NCBI GenBank assembly: GCA_965223265.1
Contig: OZ244999.1
Location: forward strand, 5,600,001 to 5,664,000
Direction of reading: 5' to 3'
Length of the DNA stretch: 64,000 nucleotides
From: Planctomycetota bacterium
Lineage (GTDB): Bacteria > Planctomycetota > UBA8108 > SXIK01
Part shown: piece after piece, positions 59,622 through 64,000 of the stretch
Layout of the letters: each line of letters begins with the position of its first letter
Numbering within the stretch: the stretch's first letter is position 1
Program-made: the position numbers and the translations under genes
The notes under the pieces: generated by a model
What the model was told of the DNA's origin: nothing
Database searches by the model: none
Seen by the model: the letters and a program-made list of their open reading frames with translations, nothing else

Positions 59622-60989
59622 ATGGCATCTACCTCGCCACAACACCTCCGTAGCCACGCGACGGCGATCTTCGCAGCCGCGGTAAGCGCCGCCGATCCGG
59701 AGAACGGAGTGAGTGGTGCAATCGCGAAGATGCGGACGCAGAGTGGCTCGCTACTGATCGCTGGAAGCGAAATCAAAACCCCGGGTGCCTTACGCCTCGT
59801 CGCCGTGGGCAAAGCAGCATGCACAATGGCGGCAGCAGCGAAGAGGACGCTCGACGCAGAGCCGAACTCACGCGATCTCCCGCTCACGCCGGGAATCGCC
59901 ATCGTCAACCCAGAAAACGCCCGCGACGTTGAATCATTCGACGTTCTCACCGCGGGGCACCCCCTTCCCGATCCAGCCGGCGTCGCTGCGGCATGCCAGC
60001 TGGAGCGTTACCTCGCGAACCTCTCAACAGAAGACGCGGTGATTCTCCTGCTCTCCGGCGGCGGCTCCGCGCTCCTGCCGGCGCCGTCCTCAGGAGTGAC
60101 GCTCGACGACAAGAGACGCGTCACCGAAGCGCTCCTTGTCGGCGGCGCTGACATTCATGCCCTCAACGTAGTGCGCAAGCACCTCTCCCGCCTAAAGGGA
60201 GGTGGCCTGGCACGCTGCGTGTTTCCAGCTCCACTCGAAGTCATCATCGTCTCGGATGTTTTCGACGACGATCTCAGCACGATCGCGAGCGGTCCAGCGG
60301 TGGCCGACCCGACGACCTTCGCTGACGCCGTCGAAATCTTGCAGCGATTCGGTGCTTGGCAGCAGGCACCCACAGCGGTCCGTACCCGCTTCGAGGCGGG
60401 CCTGCGAGGCGAGGTCGCTGAAACACCCAAAGAAGGCGATAGGATCTTTACACATGTACGCCATCGCATCGTTGCGAGCAACCGGCTCAGCGTCGAAGCA
60501 GCGCGGCAGGCGGCGACTGCGGCGGGATACGAAACCGAGGTGATGGAAGCACCACTGACCGGCGAAGCGCGGCGAGTAGCCAAGCTCTTCGTCACCAAAC
60601 TGCATGCTGACGCTCAAGGTCACTCATCACGAAAGCGAGCCTTCATCGCGGGAGGAGAAACCACGGTAACGGTGCGCGGGAGCGGGCGCGGTGGACGCAA
60701 TCAGGAGCTGGCTTTAGCGGTCGCGGTCGGAACCGCAGGCAAGATAGCGCCTTCAGCGTGGACATTCTTGAGCTCTGGAACCGACGGCAAAGACGGCCCA
60801 ACAGACGCCGCTGGAGGGATCGTCGACGGGGGCACAACCGCGCGCGGCGAAGCCGCGGGATTGAACGCGGAGGCGTCTTTGGCTGAGAATGACTCGCACA
60901 CGTTTCTCGATGCCTGTGGCGACCTCGTCCGAACTGGTGCGACTGGCACCAACGTCGCGGACATTCAAGTCCTACTCACCGAGACGTGA
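59622..60989 (+). CDS. Glycerate kinase type 2 (MOFRL family)
   Basis: LLSGGGSAL, IASGP, GGETTV, GGRNQE, TDGKDG and TGTNVAD motifs. Confidence 0.92.
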   Translation: MASTSPQHLRSHATAIFAAAVSAADPENGVSGAIAKMRTQSGSLLIAGSEIKTPGALRLVAVGKAACTMAAAAKRTLDAEPNSRDLPLTPGIAIVNPENARDVESFDVLTAGHPLPDPAGVAAACQLERYLANLSTEDAVILLLSGGGSALLPAPSSGVTLDDKRRVTEALLVGGADIHALNVVRKHLSRLKGGGLARCVFPAPLEVIIVSDVFDDDLSTIASGPAVADPTTFADAVEILQRFGAWQQAPTAVRTRFEAGLRGEVAETPKEGDRIFTHVRHRIVASNRLSVEAARQAATAAGYETEVMEAPLTGEARRVAKLFVTKLHADAQGHSSRKRAFIAGGETTVTVRGSGRGGRNQELALAVAVGTAGKIAPSAWTFLSSGTDGKDGPTDAAGGIVDGGTTARGEAAGLNAEASLAENDSHTFLDACGDLVRTGATGTNVADIQVLLTET

Positions 60990-61011
60990 AACAAGGAGCC
61001 AGCTGAAAAAC

Positions 61012-61273
61012 ATCCGTCTCCGTCGCTCTCTGACTCTGTCATCCGAATCCGCCTCTGTCATCCGAATCTGACTCTGTCGTCCGAATCCGTCTCTGCCATC
61101 CGAATCTGACTCTGTCTCTGACATCTGTCTCTGTCATCCGAATCTGACTCCGCCTCTGACATCTGTCTCGGTCATCCGAATCTGACTCCGTCTCTGACAT
61201 CTGTCTCTGTCATCCGAATCCGAATCTGATTCTGTCTCTGTCTCTGTCTCTGTCATCCGAATCCGCCTCTGCC
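61012..61273 (+). repeat. Mixed 6/7-mer repeat tract with about 19-bp and 38-bp higher-order periods
   Basis: Recurring CTCTGT-CATCCGA-ATCYGN units between the glycerate kinase and PfkB genes. Confidence 0.85.
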
Positions 61274-61310
61274 TTTTGTCCCCGCACCTGTCCCATCAAA
61301 GGAGACCGGA

Positions 61311-62339
61311 GTGACGAAAAAGCGAATCGGCATCTGCTGCGCCGGAAATTGGATCATAGATCACGTCAAAACGGTTTCGTGCTGGCCGGACCAAGACACG
61401 CTCTCCTACATTCTCTCCGAGGAGATCGGGACCGGCGGCTCACCGTTCAACGTACTGGTGGATCTGGCTCGCTTCCAAGTCGACGTACCGCTGGTCGGGA
61501 TCGGTGTCGTCGGTAGCGATGCCGACGGTGAATTCATCCGTTCCACGTGCAAGTCTCTCGGGATTGACACGCGATGGCTGCAGCCCCTCGATGGAGTCCC
61601 TACAGCCTACACGGACGTCATGACCGTCGAGGACACGGGTCGCCGCACGTTCTTTCATCACCGCGGCGCCAACGACCTTCTCGAGCCGTCTCACTTTCCT
61701 CTCGATCAGCTCTCCTGCCGCATCCTCAACCTCGGATATTTGCTGCTGCTCGGCGCGCTCGATTGCGCGGACGAGGAATTCGGTACGCGGTCCGCCCGCA
61801 TCCTTTCGCGTGCGCGTGAGCTCGGCATCGAAACGTGCATCGATGTCGTCAGCGAAAACTCGGATCGTTTCGCGACCGTCGTCAAACCGGCACTTCGACA
61901 CGTCGACTACTGCATCATCAACGAGCTGGAAGCAGGTCGAACGACGGGCATCACGATCCGCCGCGGCGAGGACCTCGACGTCGCCGCCATGCACCGAGCT
62001 GCGGATGCCCTGCTCGACTGCGGCGTCGGCAAACTTGCGGTTATTCACACCCCCGAAGTCAGCCTCGGGGTGACCCGTGCGGGCAGCCGGCACGCGCAGG
62101 CGACTCATCTTTTGCCGCCGGGATACGTCAAAGGCACCGCAGGCGCGGGCGACGCGTTCTTGGCGGGCATGCTCGTGGCGCTCCATGACGACTGGGGCCT
62201 GGAGGAGGCTTTGCGCTTCGCCAACGCCGCCGCGGCAAGTTGCCTGCGCCATCCGACGACCACCGGTGGCGTCGGAACCGCTGACGAGATCAAAGAAATC
62301 ATGCGAACGCTGCCTCTGCGTCCGCTTCCAGTCCCTTAA
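61311..62339 (+). CDS. PfkB family carbohydrate kinase
   Basis: GGAG RBS + GTG start; GGSPFN, NELEA and GTAGAGDAF motifs. Confidence 0.92.
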   Translation: MTKKRIGICCAGNWIIDHVKTVSCWPDQDTLSYILSEEIGTGGSPFNVLVDLARFQVDVPLVGIGVVGSDADGEFIRSTCKSLGIDTRWLQPLDGVPTAYTDVMTVEDTGRRTFFHHRGANDLLEPSHFPLDQLSCRILNLGYLLLLGALDCADEEFGTRSARILSRARELGIETCIDVVSENSDRFATVVKPALRHVDYCIINELEAGRTTGITIRRGEDLDVAAMHRAADALLDCGVGKLAVIHTPEVSLGVTRAGSRHAQATHLLPPGYVKGTAGAGDAFLAGMLVALHDDWGLEEALRFANAAAASCLRHPTTTGGVGTADEIKEIMRTLPLRPLPVP

Positions 62340-62351
62340 CCGACCGAGCGG

Positions 62352-62432
62352 GTTTGCGCTGGCGTTTGCGTGGGCGTGGGCGTTTGCGTGGGCGTTTGCG
62401 TGGGCGTGGGCGTGGGCGTGGGCGTGGGCGTG
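62352..62432 (+). repeat. Hexamer microsatellite (GCGTGG/GCGTTT)
   Basis: Seen directly, abutting cassette copy 2. Confidence 0.9.
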
Positions 62433-63134
62433 TGGGTCTTCCAAAGTAGCAGGCACACGCCTGTGTGCCGTCCGGACCGTGTGCGTGTACGTGCGAGCTA
62501 TGACACGAGTAACCGTACGGCGGCGGTTAGGTCGATGGTGCGCGGTGCTCGGGACTGGCAAGAGTGCCCTCGCTGCGCTCGGCGCTTCGCGCTCTTGACA
62601 GTCCCTCCGCGCCGCGTTGGGGGGGGTACCGCCGCCCGGATGCGGCGGGCTCTTGATTCACCTTCCTTCGGAGGCCTTCTATGCGTTTCATCGCTCTCGA
62701 CGTCAGTCTCGGTTTGATCGGCGACTTGCGAGTTCCTTTAGCGCGGCTTCGGCGTCTCGATCCGGACCTGCACCGGCAGATTCGGCGCGCTGCTTCTTCG
62801 GTGGCGCTCAATCTCTCAGAAGGAGCTGAACGCGCCGGCAAAGATCGCCAGCACCTCTTTCGCGTCGCGCGCGGCAGCGCGCGCGAGGTCGAGACGGCGC
62901 TGCGCGTCGCCCAGTCCTGGGGCGATCTGAAGAGCGAAGACGTCGCGAGCGCTCTCAAGACGCTCGATCGACTGCTGGCGCTTCTTGGCGGGCTGACTCG
63001 CTGAGCATCACGTCGTGGCGCCCGCTGCCTCCGTGGCGGGCACAATCTCCTGCGTTCGAACGAAGCGGGAGCGTCTTCCAAAGTAGCAGGCACATGCCAT
63101 GTGCCGTCCGTGGTACGTGTACGTGGGCGTGGGC
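62428..63134 (+). mobile_element. REP-bounded four-helix-bundle cassette, copy 2 (707 bp)
   Basis: GTCTTCCAAAGTAGCAGGCACA..TGTGCCGTCCG at about 62436-62474 and 63073-63110. Matches copy 1 apart from about 6 substitutions and 3 nt of indels. Confidence 0.75.
62681..63004 (+). CDS. Four helix bundle protein (23S IVS/Avd-like family)
   Basis: 105/107 aa identical to 49693-50016. Confidence 0.9.
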   Translation: MRFIALDVSLGLIGDLRVPLARLRRLDPDLHRQIRRAASSVALNLSEGAERAGKDRQHLFRVARGSAREVETALRVAQSWGDLKSEDVASALKTLDRLLALLGGLTR

Positions 63135-63380
63135 GTCAGTACTACTCTGTCTCTGTCTACGTCTCCGTATCTGCGTCTGAATCCGAGCGGCAAGCTTCGA
63201 GTCGTGACGACAGATCCTCGAGTCAACGGGATCCAGCTGACGAGCGGTGCCAAAGTGTGGTCCGGCTCGCCCCTCCCGCACCCCTTCCGTCTCACTGACA
63301 TGGCCAGTCGCCGTTTCGCTTCGGGGCGGAGGCACGCTATGATGGAGCGCCTGGTTCGAGGAGTTGGCAGGAGATTGTTC

Positions 63381-64000
63381 ATGCACAAACTGCGAGGGTC
63401 GTCCGACTCTCTCATGCGTCGACTGGTTTGCACGTTGGCGTGGATCACCGCGACTGCGATGGCGCCCCTGTGGGCAGATAGCACGGTTGTCTTCAACGAG
63501 ATCATGTACAACCCTGCGGCGGACGACGCGACGCACGAGTGGATCGAGCTGCACAATCAGATGGGCGTCGACATGGACATCTCCGGATGGTCACTTCGAG
63601 GCGTCGAGTACGTCTTCCCTGAGGGGACCATCGTTCAGGGGCGTGGTTTCGTCGTTGTGGCGATCTCACCCGAGGCACTCGCGGCGGCGACCGCACTCGA
63701 GGGTGTGCTAGGTCCGTTCAGTGGACGCCTTGCCAATGGTGGCGAACGCCTCGAACTCCTCAATAACAACTTGCGGGTCATGGACAGCATTCGCTATCGC
63801 GACGAAGGGGATTGGCCGCTGTCGCCGGACGGCTCCGGGCATTCGCTCACTAAGCGACATGTCGACCGGGCTAGCGACGACGCGACCAATTGGCGTGCCA
63901 GCGTCAACGTCGGTGGAACACCGGGAGCGCCCAACGCCCCTGTCGCTAGCTCCACCGCGACGCTGGCTTTCAGCGAGACCTACCTGCCCGAGTCGGGCGC
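63381..64000 (+). CDS. Secreted lamin-tail-domain protein (5' part, runs off the window)
   Basis: GGAG RBS; signal peptide then VVFNEIMYNP, EWIELHN, DISGWSL and GRLANGGERLEL; no stop before 64000. Confidence 0.85.
   Translation, partial: MHKLRGSSDSLMRRLVCTLAWITATAMAPLWADSTVVFNEIMYNPAADDATHEWIELHNQMGVDMDISGWSLRGVEYVFPEGTIVQGRGFVVVAISPEALAAATALEGVLGPFSGRLANGGERLELLNNNLRVMDSIRYRDEGDWPLSPDGSGHSLTKRHVDRASDDATNWRASVNVGGTPGAPNAPVASSTATLAFSETYLPESG

Noticed and set aside
62595-62632. Sigma70 promoter with phase-variable spacer (TTGACA before the G-tract)
   Set aside because: No recognisable -10 at 16-18 nt spacing; the TTGACA is better explained as part of the hairpin arm.
49693-63004. Diversity-generating retroelement suggested by the Avd-like proteins
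   Set aside because: No reverse transcriptase was seen and no TR/VR pair with adenine-specific mismatches. I found no duplicate of the 3' region of the FGE domain in the window.

Overview
High-GC bacterial window, most likely from a Planctomycetota genome. The indications are planctomycete-type cytochrome c domains, RGD-type dockerin-like C-termini, an ECF sigma/Ser-Thr kinase-WD40 pair, PQQ-like propellers, a PEP-CTERM protein and a lamin-tail protein. Most genes are ordinary metabolic, envelope or secreted-protein genes. The unusual content is in the intergenic DNA. (1) Two inverted, about 99% identical 704/707-bp cassettes (49563-50266, 62428-63134) each carry one four-helix-bundle (Avd/IVS-like) gene. 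Each has a structured leader, is bounded by direct GTAG-hairpin REP-like repeats, and abuts hexamer microsatellites. (2) Next to the first cassette is a CRISPR-like array of seven identical 41-bp REP units whose spacers consist only of whole hexamers. (3) Two tandem IS110/IS1111-type bridge-recombinase elements sit in a CTCTGC/CTCCGA microsatellite at a CT core. Candidate target and donor guides can be read in the downstream non-coding region, and a solo end fragment lies at 52441. (4) A tRNA-Cys integration hotspot has four extra 3'-end copies and several toxin-antitoxin modules, most of them decayed. (5) An 1801-aa secreted FG-GAP + dikinase-like + dockerin protein is also present. All assignments come from reading motifs by eye; no searches were run.
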